From: the human T2T-CHM13v2.0 reference genome, Homo sapiens
Assembly: GCF_009914755.1 (NCBI RefSeq)
Contig: NC_060928.1
Direction: 5' to 3' (one strand)
DNA: 64,000 nt
A model generated the notes under the pieces. That model was not told the DNA's origin. It did not search any database and worked only from the letters and a program-made list of their open reading frames with translations. The position numbers were made by a program, and so were the translations under genes. Of this stretch, positions 45,975 to 58,105 are shown one piece after another. How positions within the stretch are numbered: position 1 is the first letter of the stretch; every line of letters starts with the position of its first letter.

Positions 45975-47939
45975 TGAAGGTTCGTTCTTTGTGTTTAGTG
46001 TTCACCAGTTTCAATATACTGTGCGTGGGCGTGGACTGCTTTCACTTCTCCTCTTTGGAATACATTATGCTTTCTGTTTCTGGAGACAGCTTCTAATTTT
46101 AACCAGTGCTGTAAATTTGCACTATTTTCTCTTTAAATATTATCTCTTCTCCACTCTCCCTATTATCTCCTTTAGAGTCTCTGATTTAAAACATTTTAGA
46201 ACTTTCCATCTTGTCTTCCATATCTTTGTGAAATTTCCCATTTCCTGTCTCTCTGTGCTGCATTCTGCCTGATATCTTCAGCTAGATCTTCCAGTTCACT
46301 AATTCTTTGTTCAGCTATGCTAATTAGCTCTCCAACTCACTCAGGCTTCCTCATTTTATAATTTTTCCTTTCCAAATGTATCTGTTTGTTTCTAATTTCC
46401 CTTGTTGGTTGGTCATTTTTGTTCTATTTGTTTTATATTACATTTCTGACAAGTTAATTATCTGAGATCTTGGGTGTCTGAATCTGTTGGTTTTTTTTTT
46501 CTGGCTTTCAATTATAGCGACTTGTTTTCTTGTTTATTTAATCTTTGTGTTGTGCTCGTTGCCTGATTTTGATTGTTGGGGCTCACACTAGGGACTGGGA
46601 AAGCTCCTGAGGAGAGAATTGCTCCTGTCCTTTCCTATATCACAGGGCATTGCTGGCCTCGAGGGTCCCTCTCCATGTGGGGTGCTGGGTTCACCTTTTC
46701 ACTCTGCTGCTAGCCAAGCTCACAGCAGCCCTCAGGAGCCCTGTCTCTCCCAGCTGCTCATGAGCTTGTTTCTTTGGCCTGACACCACCTCCTTGCTCCA
46801 GCCTCAATGTGTGTGTTTACTTATTTTTAGAAGTGGGGGTAGAAAGTGGAGTCCTCCCTGCATCTTATGAAAGGGGCAGTGTCTCAGAGCTGTATCCATC
46901 CCGTTTCGCCATTCTGTGGGTGGAGGGTGTCCCCTGAGAGTGCCAAGGTAGGCGTCTGGATTGTGCCATCCACACACCCTCTTCTACAGCTCCAATGGAG
47001 TATGGTGGGAGTGGAGTTAGGTGTCAGTGCTCAGTTCCTCAGCCTACCATCTTTGCCAGGAACTCCCTGCCCATCGCTTCTCCATGTTCTACCCTTTGTC
47101 TTCCTCCCCCAGTGCCACAGACCCCTCAGCCCCAGTCCCCATGGCCTGTGTGTTGTTGCTGAGCACAGTGGGCCATTCCATGATTATCCTCCTATGGCTC
47201 GGACACTGTGGACTGCCGACCACTTCTCAGCACAGTGGGCTGGACCAACCCTCACCCTGTAGGCCCAGCAGCACCCTGGAGCCCAGCGTATCCACATCCC
47301 ACTAATATGAGGGGCATGCAGTCTCAGTGTAGTTGTGGAGCCCCTCCTTCTGGCCCAGGTGCCCCCCGTCCACCTGTGGCAGCACAGTGTGCAGGGGGCT
47401 ACAGACCACGAATGGGTCCCTCAGGTGTGAACTTGCCCTCACTTGCTCACTGCCCCCCTGGCTCCCCATGCTGACCCAGTTGGGACAAGGCCTTCCTGAA
47501 ACTGGGATGGGGTCAACTGCTTGGGTATCTCTGGGAGGCATGTTAAACGCAGGTCTGTAAGTATTCACGTTGCGTTTTCATCAAAACAAACCCAGACTCA
47601 TCCATTTCTTCCCATGTCCACGGGTGTCTCTGAGGCCCAAACCTCTCTCTTTTGGGACTATTGCAGGGGCTTCTCCTCTCCATTTTCCTGTCTATACCCA
47701 CTACTCACTGCTGTCAAGATGGCGGCCACTGATGCAGTGCTGTTTCTGCACTCTGCGCCTTCCCGTGCTCCCCACCTCATTCAGGAGAGGGCAGCCACAT
47801 AGGTCCTGTCTGATCCACCCTCCGGCCAGGCGGCCCCTGTGGGATTCCTCACACAGCATTCCATTACCGGATGGCGTTCCCCATTGGTCTCCTTCAAATC
47901 TCAATGCCTCAGCACAACAGTGGCCGTCCTAGTGGCGTG

Positions 47940-48138
47940 GGGGCCCCAGAGACTTCTGTGATGGCACCCACGTCAACACATGCCCTGGGGCCCCAGAGAC
48001 TTCTGTGATGGCACCCACGTCAACACATGCCCTGGGGCCCTGGAGACTTCTGTGATGGCACCCACATCAACACATGCCCTGGGGCCCCAGAGACTTCAGT
48101 GATGGCACCCACGTCAACACATGCCCTGGGGTCCCTGA
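47940..48138. repeat. 47-bp minisatellite, ~4 copies
   Basis: gagacttctgtgatggcacccacgtcaacacatgccctggggcccca recurs at 47949, 47996, 48043, 48090. Confidence 0.95.
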
Positions 48139-49625
48139 GGCCAGGAAAGCACAATAGCCTCTCACCTGGGCAGTAAATGTTCTGGCCCCAAAGTGACGCC
48201 TGTCCTACCCCAGGGACCCCCAGCTCCATGCTCCAGGAGGGAGGGCAGGTGGATCCAGGTGTCTGCAGGAGTCTGCACCACAACCCCTTCCCCAGCCTTT
48301 CAGTGATCCTACAGGACTTCACAGGCTCCACAGTAGCGCATGGTTCTGTGAGTCTGCTCTTGCAGTCTCTGCCCTTTGACTGGAGTGTTGTGTCCGTCTG
48401 TCGAGGCTTCAATGCACCACCCCATTGTGCTGCTCTGGTGTCTTTGAGTTTAGAGCTCCTGGCGAGGTTAACTCGGTCAGCATCTTCTCCTGGTCATGCC
48501 AGCCCCAGCGGCCCGGTGGCTCTGACCGTGGAGTTTGCCATGTGCTCTGACTCAGGAGCATCAAGGCTGGTGTTCTGTGCGTTTTATGGGTTCTGATTGT
48601 GGGTTCATGTTCCTGGGGATCCTCTTGAGTTCCAAGTACACAGTGTGATCTCTACACAGGATTTACGGCCATTCTTTCAGGGGCCTCCTGGCATTGTCAG
48701 TCCCAGGAACCTTAAGAAAACTTTAAGCCAGGGGTTTTTCAGATCTCCACGTCACCTCAGAGCTCATGCGCCTGTGAGCTTGGGCTTAGTTCATTGTTTT
48801 CAAGGATGGTGGGCGGGGATGGCGTGCAGGGTGGTGGGAGCTGGGCCTGGGGTCTGGTTCTAGAAGCATCAGGGCTGGAGGGCCTTAGACAGTTACGAGG
48901 AAGGGTCGTCTACCAGGCCTCGGTGAGAGAAGTGAGCCCCCACCTTCCAGTCACTGGGAGAGGACTGAAGAAGCAGCCATCCCCCAAGCATCTCCATCCT
49001 CAAACCACACAGAGCTCCCGCCCAGGCACTGAGAGGGCCCTGGGGTTCCACCAGGTGAGTGGCACTGGTGGGGAGGCCTGGGGACCCCTGCTGCAGAAAG
49101 GGCCACGACAGATTACAGTGAGCCCCTGAGGACATCTTTGAGGTTGGGGCCTCTGAGCTCAGGTCTCAGGAGGTGTCTGCTGGTGGCCTGATGGGCTGCG
49201 AGGGTCTTGGTGGTCAGTGGCCCCCCCATGAACAGCAGCAATGCAAGCTGCTCCCACAGAGGAGGGGGCAGAGTGAGGGCTTCTGGGGCCTCGTCCGGAT
49301 CTCAAGGTGCCCCTTGTCTGAGCTTCTGATCGTCCTGTGGGCAGGCGCGTGCCTGCCGGGTTTGTGGATGCATCTGACATGCCATTTGCTGTGTCTTCTG
49401 AAATCCTGTATGGGCCAGGGGTGGCGTCTGTTGTGGGGAGATCTGTAGGTCTCAGGCCTGCCTCCCACACACACACAGAGCACGTGCCTCATGGCCCTGA
49501 CGGCAGCACCAGGCGCCTTCTGAATGTGTGTCCCCAATTAGCGCACACCACGGGTCCCTGCACTGCACGGGGCCCAGAACAAGTGTGGGGACAGCCAGGG
49601 ACATTTGTGAGCAACAGAGATAGTC

Positions 49626-49691
49626 TTTATTCAAACGCAGAGAGATCCATAACATGGAAACACTGACGCTTCCGAAACCGCCCCATTTATT
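49626..49691 (-). terminator. SPON2 polyadenylation signals (two AATAAA, 49691-49686 and 49631-49626)
   Basis: TTTATT on plus strand twice, about 455 and 515 nt downstream of the stop codon. Confidence 0.8.
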
Positions 49692-50143
49692 CACTTCTCA
49701 AGTGGCCCCCGCTTGGATGCGCCCTCGGGAGAGTGGGCTCAGCACAGCCTAGAGCACCAGGTCTGAGGTATCTGCAACCACGTGGGAGCCAGGCCCCTGG
49801 ACGATGAAGGACAATCTCCTGGAGCAGCAATAACTTATAAGGAGACATAATTTAGAGTAGCTGGAGCCTTGGGGATGACTTTATCCTGCAGGAGGAGGAG
49901 GCTGAGAGCAGACGGGACACGGGGGCCCCTAAGAAGCAAGGTTGGGAAAGGAGGAGGCTGTTTCCCAATGCCCGTGCCGGCCACCAGAGGGCCCTTCAGT
50001 GCAGAGATGGTCGGCGCGGCCTCACCGCGGTCAGGAGCAGCGCGAAACCCCCTGTGCCCTCGGCCGCCTGCAGCATGAGCCTGCACAGGAGCCCCCGACA
50101 CCCCATGGCTCCGGGGGGCCCCAGGGGCTGCGGGGCTCTGGTC

Positions 50144-50328
50144 TTAGACGCAGTTATCAGGGACGCACTCAGCCTCTTCTTCGAGCTCGGGGCAGGGGCT
50201 CCCGTTGTTGGCGGGCTGGACCCGGACGTAGCGAGTCCTGCTCTTGGTCCCGAGCCTCCCACAGTGGCCTCCGCACAGTCCCCAGGACGACCACAGGGAG
50301 ACCTCGCAGTCCAGCGGCGTTTCTGGAA
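50144..50328 (-). CDS. SPON2: SPON2 last coding exon: thrombospondin type-1 repeat
   Basis: [33 protein letters not shown]...CVPDNCV*; TAA at 50146-50144. Confidence 0.97.
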
Positions 50329-53300
50329 CTGGACCAAGCAAAGGGGAGACCGAGGTGAACGCTCGCGTGAAGAGGCGCTTCGTACAAACGGAAGCCACCT
50401 CCCACCAACGTGTGCATTCATCAGAGGCCACGCCCACCCTTCGGGGGCACTTGCGTTTCTCCGCACAGTCGCAGAGTGAGCGGCAAGATGGGATGGCACC
50501 ATAGCAACCTCGGACACAACCTAGGGACTGGAGTTGCGCGTTTCTACGTAAGAGCCGGAGCTGCCGCTCAAGTCCCTGTGGTGGTGGAACTCCCACATCG
50601 TGGCAGAGTAAGAGGCCCCTGGGAACCCCGTGGGAACCCCGGGAGAGGGCGGACACCCCTGCTGTAGAAAGCTGCTCTGCCCGAGCCTGGACCCAGCTGC
50701 TACATTTACCCGAATAACAGACAGGGGCACCTGATTAGCTGTCTTGCGGGACCTGGACCCCCCACAGGACTCAGACCTTTTCAGTATCGTTCTCGTTTCC
50801 CTGTGTCCCATCTGGTTCCATAATTTTCATAAATTTAAAAATCATCATTTGGTGTTATGGTTAAGTCACTTGGTAATTTCCATGTTTCCAAAGCAAAGTG
50901 AAAACACCTCTTTTGCACCCCACAGGCCAAGCCAGCCAGATGGACAGTGTTTCTCTGGCTGTGTGGCCCAGAGCGGGCAGCCCCTAAGGAGGCCAGGAGC
51001 CCCGCCTCACTCTGCCGTGCACGGGAGGACAGTCAGCAAGGGCTCGGCTCTCCTCACAAATCTGCGAGTACCCTGCTGCCAGCTTTGTGGCTACTGAAGG
51101 ATGAGAGAGAGTGGAGAAGGGGGTCAATGTGCAGGTGCAGTGCCTGGACTGGTCTGGAAGCCCTGGCCAGGCCCACACCTGGAGCAGCCCTCTCCAGAGA
51201 TGCAGGAACAGGGCTTGCAAAGACCTTGGGCGCTGAGGCTTCGCAGGGGCACTGGTGTAGAAGCCAGAGAGCCAGGGCCCCGGGCAGCCCACCTGGGGAG
51301 CACACAGAGCTGCTGGCAGATCCCAGCACCCCCCAGCTTCCTGACTGAAACCGAGGTGGTGGGAGCGCCCCTGCCCTGGCTGCAATGAGGAGTCAGTGAG
51401 CACTGGCAGTGCCTGTTCTACAGCGAGGGCCCCACCACAAGCCTCTCCAATGCTGCAGAGCCCTGTCAGGAGGCCTGGGGACAGGCATCCAGCGTGTGAG
51501 CAGGAAGCCAGAGCTGAGCCAGGCTGGCTTGGCGTGGACCTGGCGGAGCCTCCTGGGTGCCAGCCGCCACATGCCCATCCCAGCCTCTGCCCTCGGGAAG
51601 CCAGAAGTCACAGGAGAGACCCTTGTGGGCGGTGGTCTGTGCTCCGTCCCCACTGCCCACTCTGGTCCCTCGGCTGGCACAGCTGGCTCTGTCCGTCTCC
51701 CACCCTTCTCTCCATGTCCTGCCTCCTGCTCAGAGCTCATAGCACAGTCTCTCCCCACCCTTCCCCTGCAATACTGCTTCTGCTTGGCCACAGCTGACTT
51801 TATCCCTCTCCTAGCCCAGGGCACTGGCCACGTGCTCCCCTGCCCACTGTGGCCCAGTGCCCCCAAATGTGGGGCAAACCGCACCTCTCTGGACCCTCTG
51901 CCCACGAGGGGCTCTTCCCGCCAGACCAGTTGCACACCACGAACAGTGCTGGCACGTCTGCCTGTTGGGTAAGTGGCTCGGGGACATCTGCTTGGAATGG
52001 GGCATCCGCGTGGACAAATGAGTGAGGAGCCCAAGCCTGCACTGGGCAGGGGCAGCACCGAGGCTGGCACAGGGAGGCCCAGTTCATCCCAAATGAGGAG
52101 GGACCCAGGACTGGGCACAGTCTCTGTCTGGGGAGTGGTTCCCGCCAGCCAGGCGGCCTCCTGTCTGACCTGACCTGGCCCTTGCTTCCAGGGACGGCTG
52201 ACAGTAAGCTTGTAATTACTGCTGCTCCTCAAGACGACATCTGTCCCTACCACATGGCTTGGGGGGCAGGTGTGGGGCGGCCCCGTACCTGCCTCAACTC
52301 CAGCCAGCAACATGGAGGGTGGAGGACGACGGGGCCCATGGCCAGGTTGGTGGGCTCCAGTTCCTCCTCGGGAAAGTCTGAAGTCCGCTGTTGTCTGGGG
52401 CCTACACTGACTGTCCCACACCCATATCAGGTGAGACCCAGAGACCCAGAGCCAACAGGCCCTGACCCACGACCCAGCAATGCGCTCCAGACCACAGGCG
52501 CTCCGTGAGGCCAGTGGCTGCCACCCAGCTGAGTAGGGAGGGAACTGCCACTCGGCCCCAGCGTTCCCAGCCTGCCCTGTCCAGCAGGTGCCTGGAAGAG
52601 CTAGGAGAATGCTCATCAGCACCTGCCCCGCCCCAGGCCAAGGCGCCTGTGAGCAGAGCCCCGAGCTGTGTGGTGGCTGGGTCCCGAGACCCCCACAGGT
52701 GCCCTGCAGCATAGCTGTCACCCGGTGGCCACACAGGGCCATCCTAGCAAGCTTCCTTGTCAGCTGTGACACACAGGTCACCTGTGGGTGCGTGTCTGAC
52801 AGGACAGAGTCTCTCAGGTACTGTCTGGAGCCTCCTTTCATTCTTTCCTCTGGGCTGTGGCCCTGTAAGATGCTTTCAACTGCAAATAATGTGCAAGAGT
52901 CACATCTTCAGTGTGTGAATCAACAGAATCCTAAATCTTCTAGGCACCATCTTGCAGTACGCACTACGAATCCCTACTTGGAATTTCTCAGAGCCTTAGG
53001 TTCGGGTTTGGTGGTCGCCCTGTGGCAGGGTTCGGGGCTGCTGTGTGTCCCATGTGACCTGTATGTCCGTTACCTGAGGCGCTGTCTACAATCTCATTGT
53101 CCCTGCTGGGCAGGACTGGGGCGGGAGGGATGAAGGCCCTGGGGCTCTGTCGCAGCCGCAGCAGTGTCACCCTGGCGATGGGAGGCAGGGCCTTCAGCCG
53201 CGGGTAGTAGAAGGAGTTGGCCGGGTGGCTGGGAGAGGAGGACGTTATCTGGGGAGGAAGAAGAGGAGGTTGGCCTGGGGTCCGAGAAGCCCACCTTCTG

Positions 53301-54743
53301 GTATGCGTATGGCCTCACTGGGGCCACTGCCCAGCGTCCAGCGTGCCCTCTGCACCACTGTTGGGGACAGGGTCCCATGTACTCCTCTCAGTCATCCCAC
53401 GGAACACGGGCTGGAAACCGAGGCCAGGAAGGGGCGGCCTCCTCGGGACGCGCGTCCCGCTGTCCTCCCTGCGGTGCTGTGACCCCGGGTTGGGAGAGTA
53501 TGGGAGGGCTGCACCCCCTTGCTCACTGCTGGCGCTAGAAGCAGAGCCTCTTCCACACAAAAGCCGCAAGCGGCTGTCCTGGGCTGGGAGGCGAGGGTGC
53601 AGCCAGGCCCCAGCCCCGTCCCCACCGCGGGGGCCATAGCGGCCCTTGCGCACGCGGGGTGCCCACTCACCTCGGTCACCGTGTCCTGCGGGATGGTGGC
53701 GAAGTTGGGGGAGGAGAAGGTGAAGCCGCTGTCCGTCCCGGCGTCGTAGGGGTACAGGTCCAGCGCCGCCTGTTCCCGCCAACGGTCCCCGTCGCACAGG
53801 TCCAGGCTGTCCACGCCCACGAACCAGTCGGGGCTGGGCACGATGCGCACCACAAACGAGACCTGCGGCGACAGCGGCTCAGCGCGCCTGGCCCCGGCCC
53901 CCCGGACCCCGCCCCCGGCCGGCCCCGCGCTCACCAGCGAGTGCCTGCGCTGCACCTCCAGCTCCGCCGACGTCTGCCCGGTGCCGCTGGGGACGGCGGG
54001 CGCCGAAAACACCTCGTGCACGCTCTGCAGCGCCTCCCCCGCCGCCTCGATCTCCTTCATCAGCGCCCAGGCCTCGCCGCGCTCCGCAAAGTCGCGCAGC
54101 CCGTTACTGACGTACTGGTTCTTCCTCCACATGCTGTAGTCGGAGCTATGCGCGGCCCCTGCAGGACCACCCGGCCGCGCCGCGGACCATGGTCAGACAC
54201 TGCGGTCGGGCTTGGATTCCAGGGGGCGCCCCAGGAAATCCCTCCCCGCCGCCCGCAGGGAACCATGGCCCCCAGTCACGTCGGACCGTGACACCCTGTG
54301 GCTGCCCCTGCCGCGACCCACCTGCGCCCTCCCCGTGAGCGCCCCCTGCCCCCACCGCATCCCCGGAACCGCACACCGCAGGCGCTCGGCAAACATTCTA
54401 GTGTTAGAGTCTCCCGACGTCAGCACGCCCCAGACTGGGAAGCGCCGCCGTGCAGCTGTGCGGGGGGCTCGGGCGCCGCAGCCCTCCTGGTGGAGCAGGA
54501 GGCGAGGAGGGGGCTGTACTTACCCAGCAGCGAAGACCACTGCGCAGGGGGGCGGAACAGGGGGTACTGCTTGGGGAAGGCCGTCTGGCTCCACTTGCCC
54601 GTGAAGGTGATGCTGTATTTGGCCGGGGCTCTGGCGGAACAGATGGACTCTCCCCCAAGAGGCTGGCCGGCGGCGCCGAGAGTGGCCAGGAGGAGAGCGC
54701 AGAGGGCCTTGCCCAGGGCGGCGGCCGGGCTGGGGTTTTCCAT
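50144..54743 (-). CDS. SPON2: Spondin-2 (mindin), 331 aa; join(54743-54524, 54158-53935, 53862-53671, 53248-53074, 50328-50144)
   Basis: Exon lengths 220+224+192+175+185 = 996 nt (331 aa + TAA). All introns are GT-AG with consistent phases. Translation [31 protein letters not shown]...CVPDNCV gives signal peptide, F-spondin domain and C-terminal TSR (WSSWGLC). Confidence 0.98.
53074..53248 (-). CDS. SPON2: SPON2 exon 5 ([15 protein letters not shown]...DSAS)
   Basis: Pyrimidine tract + CAG acceptor; donor GTAAC at 53073; 175 nt. Confidence 0.96.
53671..53862 (-). CDS. SPON2: SPON2 exon 4 ([16 protein letters not shown]...QDTVTE)
   Basis: Spondin signature PSPDWFVG and YDAGTDSG; AG/GT boundaries; 192 nt. 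Confidence 0.97.
53935..54158 (-). CDS. SPON2: SPON2 exon 3 ([15 protein letters not shown]...[10 protein letters not shown])
   Basis: Acceptor CAG ends 54159, donor GTGAG at 53934; 224 nt. Confidence 0.97.
54524..54743 (-). CDS. SPON2: SPON2 coding exon (exon 2): signal peptide and start of F-spondin domain
   Basis: Acceptor CAG|GTG ATG (exon starts 54746, ATG 54743); donor G|GTAAGT at 54523. Confidence 0.97.
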
Positions 54744-55215
54744 CACCTGGGAGCACAGAGGGGAGCAGCCGCGCGCTGGCACCGTCGTGGCAGCCTCGGG
54801 GTGGAAAGCCGAGAGGGCTGCGGCACTTTGGGCTCTGAGGACGGCCCCGAGCACCCGCGACCCCCTCCCTGCTCCGCAAAGCTCTCCTGCGGCGCTTCCG
54901 AGACCCCCATCAGCGGAATGGACGGCGCGGGGTTAGATCGCCCGTGCGCCTGCGAGCGACCAGGGGTAACGGGCAGGTTTTCAGTCCGAGTCCCTGCAGC
55001 TTGCCGGGCCGGTCTGGGTGCGGCCTCCGGGATGCCTTCGCCGTCGCAGGGACCCGGGGCCTTGGCCGACTGGCTGCCCCCGGGACTAGACCCTTAAAGC
55101 TCGGTCGCAGCCAGTCCTGGGGGTCCCTCTGGAGGTGCCACAAGGTTCTGGGCCGCGGGGAAAGTGCAGGAGGCCCGGGCCCTCTCTGGGTGTCCCGGGG
55201 GCACGCAGTACTCAC

Positions 55216-55255
55216 CCGGCAGGAGCAGCGGGAGCGCGGCCGGCAGCGGTCGGGT
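55216..55255 (-). other. SPON2: SPON2 non-coding first exon (5' boundary approximate)
   Basis: Strong donor CGG|GTGAGT at 55215, about 30 bp downstream of a TATA-like box. Confidence 0.7.
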
Positions 55256-55269
55256 CCCAGCCAGAGCCC

Positions 55270-55425
55270 GGAGCTCCTATTTAAGCCCGAGGCCGGCGCC
55301 CCGGGCCGGCCAATGAGGCTCCAGTTCCTCCTGTCTTCGATGCTGCACGGCCTGGCCTCCAGCGAGAGGCAGATAGGACGTGGGAGAAAGGAGGAGAAGG
55401 GGCTGCGGGGGCGGCGGGGGCTGCC
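55270..55425 (-). promoter_or_regulatory. SPON2 proximal promoter
   Basis: TTAAATA TATA-like element (55284-55278), reverse CCAAT (55310-55314), GC-box-like GGGGCGG (~55407-55420). Confidence 0.65.
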
Positions 55426-55499
55426 GCTTTCCCAACTCGCCCTGCCCAGCGACCTTCCCCGGGTCGGATCACCCTCTTCCCCTGGCAGTGCTGCCGCAC

Positions 55500-55630
55500 C
55501 CCTTTCTTTGTCTGTCTGTCCTATCCCTCCCCTCCCCTCCCCGTCCCCTCCCTTCCCCTCCCCTCCCCTCCTCCCCTCCCCTCCTCCCCTCCCCCCTGTC
55601 CTCCTCCCTCTCCCCGTTTCTCTCCCGTTC
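55500..55630. repeat. Polypyrimidine (CCCCT/CCT)n tract upstream of SPON2
   Basis: Near-pure C/T tract. Confidence 0.85.
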
Positions 55631-56519
55631 CAACAAGCGCCTTCCTGGTGCCTCCCTAGGTGCCACTGAGGGGAGTTCTTTGCCCCAAGCCTTTCGGGAA
55701 AGCTCAGGGCGTGGGGGCAGAGGGGCTCTTGTTTTCACCTTCTCGAAATTAGAGCCAGCGTGCTACACCTTCTTGCGCAGGGTGTGACCTGGAGAGCCCT
55801 GTGCGTGGCCTGACTTCAGTCTACATGCTGGAAGTGGCTGGGGAAGCTCCTGGCTCCCGGCGCAGGCATCCCTGGCCTTTGGGGCCCTGGCTTTAAGTCT
55901 CTTTCCTGGCATGGCCTAAAGCTGCACAGAACAGCCTAGCGGTCTGCACTGTGGCCAGAGGGCATTTGCAAGCCATCCCTCCTGGAGGGAGGTCAGAGTG
56001 GGCTGAGGGTCTGGGGTGGAACGCGCAGGGAGTCAGGAAGAGCCACAGAAAGGGGGCCCCCCTCCCCAGGACCCCGCACAGGGCTGGGGCTGCAGGCCGG
56101 CGGTGTGTGCGGTGCAGAGCCCTCCCAGGGGCTCTAGGCTTCCCTGCCTTTGGGATGAAGCTAACAGATGCTGAAGTTGATCCTGCTCCATGTCAGGAAA
56201 ATATTTATAGGTCCCCAGTCATGGGATCTGGAAACAGAGCGGAGGAAGGAGCTCGGGGATGGTCTTGCTCAATCCTTCCCGGCCTCTGCTCATCGGAATC
56301 ACCCAGAGGGCTTTTAAGCTTAGACAAAACACTCTGATGTTTGGAACCCTGTTAATGTTTCACAGATTCAAAAAGAGAGAAAAAATAAATAGAAGCAACT
56401 AGGACAGAATGCAAACAGAAACAAATGATCTAACCTGTATTTTAAGCGAAAACCACAGATCAGCCACTCAATGCAGTATTTAGACTCCAGGCCCCCAGGC
56501 CAAAGACAAATTTCCACCT

Positions 56520-57530
56520 CCGTGCTTCTCAAATGTTTTTATCTGAGGACTCCTTCATACTCTTAAAGGTCACTGAGGGCCAGGCGCAGTGGCTCATGCC
56601 TGTAATCCCAGCACTTTGGGAGGCCGAGGCGGGAGGATCACTTGAGCCCAGAGTTTGATACCAGCCTTGGCAACACAGGGAGACCTCATCTCTACAAAAC
56701 ATACAAAAATTAGCTGGGTGTGGTGGAGTGCGCCTGTGGTCTCAACTAGTCAGGAGACTGTGTCTGTGGTCCCGGCTACTCAGGAGACTGAGGTGGGAGG
56801 ATCACCTGAGCCAGGGGAGGTCAAGCCTGCAGTGAACTGTGTGTGCCACTGCCCTCCAGCCTGGGCGACAGAGTGAGACTCATGCCTGTAATCCCAGCAC
56901 TTTGGGAGGCCAGGGCGGGCGGATCACTTGAGGTCAGGAACTCGAGACCAGCCTGGCCAACATGGTGAAGCCCCATCTGTACTAAAAATACAAAAACTAG
57001 CTGGATGTGGTGGTGCACGCCAGTAATCCCAGCCACTCAGAAGGCTGAGGCAGGAGAATTTCTTGAACCCAGGGGGCAGGGGTTGTAGTGAGCCAAGATC
57101 GCGCCACTGCAGTCCAGCCTGGGCAACAGAGCGAGACTCCATCTCAAAAAAAAAAAAAAACAAAAAAACAAAAAACAAAAACAAAAAAAACTAATTGAGG
57201 ACACTGAAGAACTTTTTTGTTTGTATGGGTTATACCTATGGATACTTATCATTTTCTAAATCATAACAGAAATGTTCAGAATACTTGCCAATTCACTTAA
57301 AAATAAGAAAATATTGCTATTACACATTAACATAAATAGCATAATGTTTTATGAAAAGCAATCATACTTTTAAAAATGAAAAACCCGCCTGAGAAAAGTG
57401 GCGTGGTTCTACGTTGGTGCGAATCTTTGTATTGTCCGGCTTAGTGGAAGCTGGATTCCCATATCGGCTCCAGCACTTCATCTGCTGAGATGTGCTGTTG
57501 GTTGAAGTCTATGAAGAAAATCCAGCCTTG
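56520..57530 (+). mobile_element. hAT-Charlie (MER119-like) element interrupted by fused Alu pair 56578-57190
   Basis: gtgcttctcaaa...gaggac...gttgaagtctatgaagaaaatcc resembles recalled MER119; Alu consensus in the middle. Confidence 0.7.
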
Positions 57531-58105
57531 GCTGCGTATGTTACCAGCCTTGTCAGGTGCCTGCTCTGGCCTGCAGCCCTCGAAAGCCGCCGTGTGCCCA
57601 TCAGAGCATGGGAGCAAAAGGTGCCCTCATGCAATGGGCTTCGATCTCATCATCTGCCTGGAAGGATCTCAGGCCCTCCACGAGTCCCCAGAGCAGGACT
57701 GGCAGCCGCTGCTCAGAGGCTGGACTCGAATCCACAGGCCTTTTTCCCAGAGCGGCATGGGGCGGCTGTACTGCAGCTACTCTGCATCCCTGGACAATCC
57801 TCGCTTTCTGGACAGCTTCCTCGGCTGAAAGGAGCACAGGCTCCATGGCAAAGCTACTGGCTCTGGGTCTGAGGAGAGGAAGGAGGCGCCGGGTCTGGGG
57901 CATGTTCCTGTGTAGGAAGCCAGGGTGCCGCTCCAGAGACTCGCTGAGGCACAGTCCCCATCTCAGTCCAGCTCTGGCCGTGGCAGCGGCTTCCAGGCTC
58001 ACCCAGTCTCACAGGAGGCCAAGGAGGCTGCGGAACAGCCCAGGGGCAGCAGGAGCTGTTCTCCCAGCCCGGCCCTCATGCCGTCTCAGTGAGCTCTGCG
58101 ACCTG

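Larger units (their letters stand above)
53400..55500. promoter_or_regulatory. CpG island over SPON2 promoter and exons 1-4
   Basis: Very high GC content and dense CpG dinucleotides by inspection. Confidence 0.85.

Noticed and set aside
50329-50656. In-frame N-terminal extension of the SPON2 TSR exon (170-aa ORF)
   Set aside because: Intronic read-through; the canonical acceptor at 50329 gives the known 331-aa protein.
53519-55787. Plus-strand ORFs antisense to SPON2 (200+ aa)
   Set aside because: Shadow ORFs of a CpG island and GC-rich coding sequence.
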